Assembly (NCBI GenBank): GCA_009103225.1
Contig: RHPI01002069.1
Coordinates: 1,631,442-1,695,441 of the forward strand
Direction of reading: 5' to 3'
Length of the DNA stretch: 64,000 nt
Origin: Chlorokybus atmophyticus
Lineage: Eukaryota; Plantae; Mesostigma and Chlorokybus algae
Under the pieces are notes generated by a model. The model saw only the letters and a program-made list of their open reading frames with translations, was not told the DNA's origin and did not search any database. How positions within the stretch are numbered: the stretch's first letter is position 1; every line of letters starts with the position of its first letter. Of the stretch, positions 63,997 to 64,000 are shown piece by piece. A program made the position numbers and the translations under genes.

Positions 63997-64000
63997 TCAG

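Overview
Intron-rich eukaryotic nuclear DNA. The gene set (plant-type H3.3 signature, CASTOR/POLLUX/DMI1, PLIP-like lipase, plastid NTT, cytochrome b561) points to a green-lineage organism, most plausibly a streptophyte (charophyte) alga; this is inference. Bases 1-~13.4 kb are a nest of decayed retroelements. It is dominated by an ~11.4 kb Ty3/Gypsy LTR retrotransposon (gag with 2 CCHC knuckles - long spacer - protease - C5 DNA methyltransferase - RT - RNaseH - integrase - PHD finger). That element is interrupted by a 506 bp TRIM-like mini-retroelement (88 bp LTRs, PPT, 5 bp TSD) and abuts a second, minus-strand gag. From ~15 kb to the end lie compact, often head-to-head, spliced host genes: SMUBP-2-like helicase, dUTPase, cytochrome b561, CASTOR/POLLUX/DMI1-like channel, NTT-like transporter, an unknown type-I membrane protein with 19 Cys-bracketed acidic repeats, TRM6, PLIP-like lipase, an animal/ciliate-type glutamate dehydrogenase with an antenna-like insert, a highly divergent intronless histone H3 lacking K9/K14/K23/K27/K36, XPD, VPS35, ODR4 and a small orphan ORF. 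Gene coordinates are start-to-stop spans including introns, read by eye; no database searches were run.
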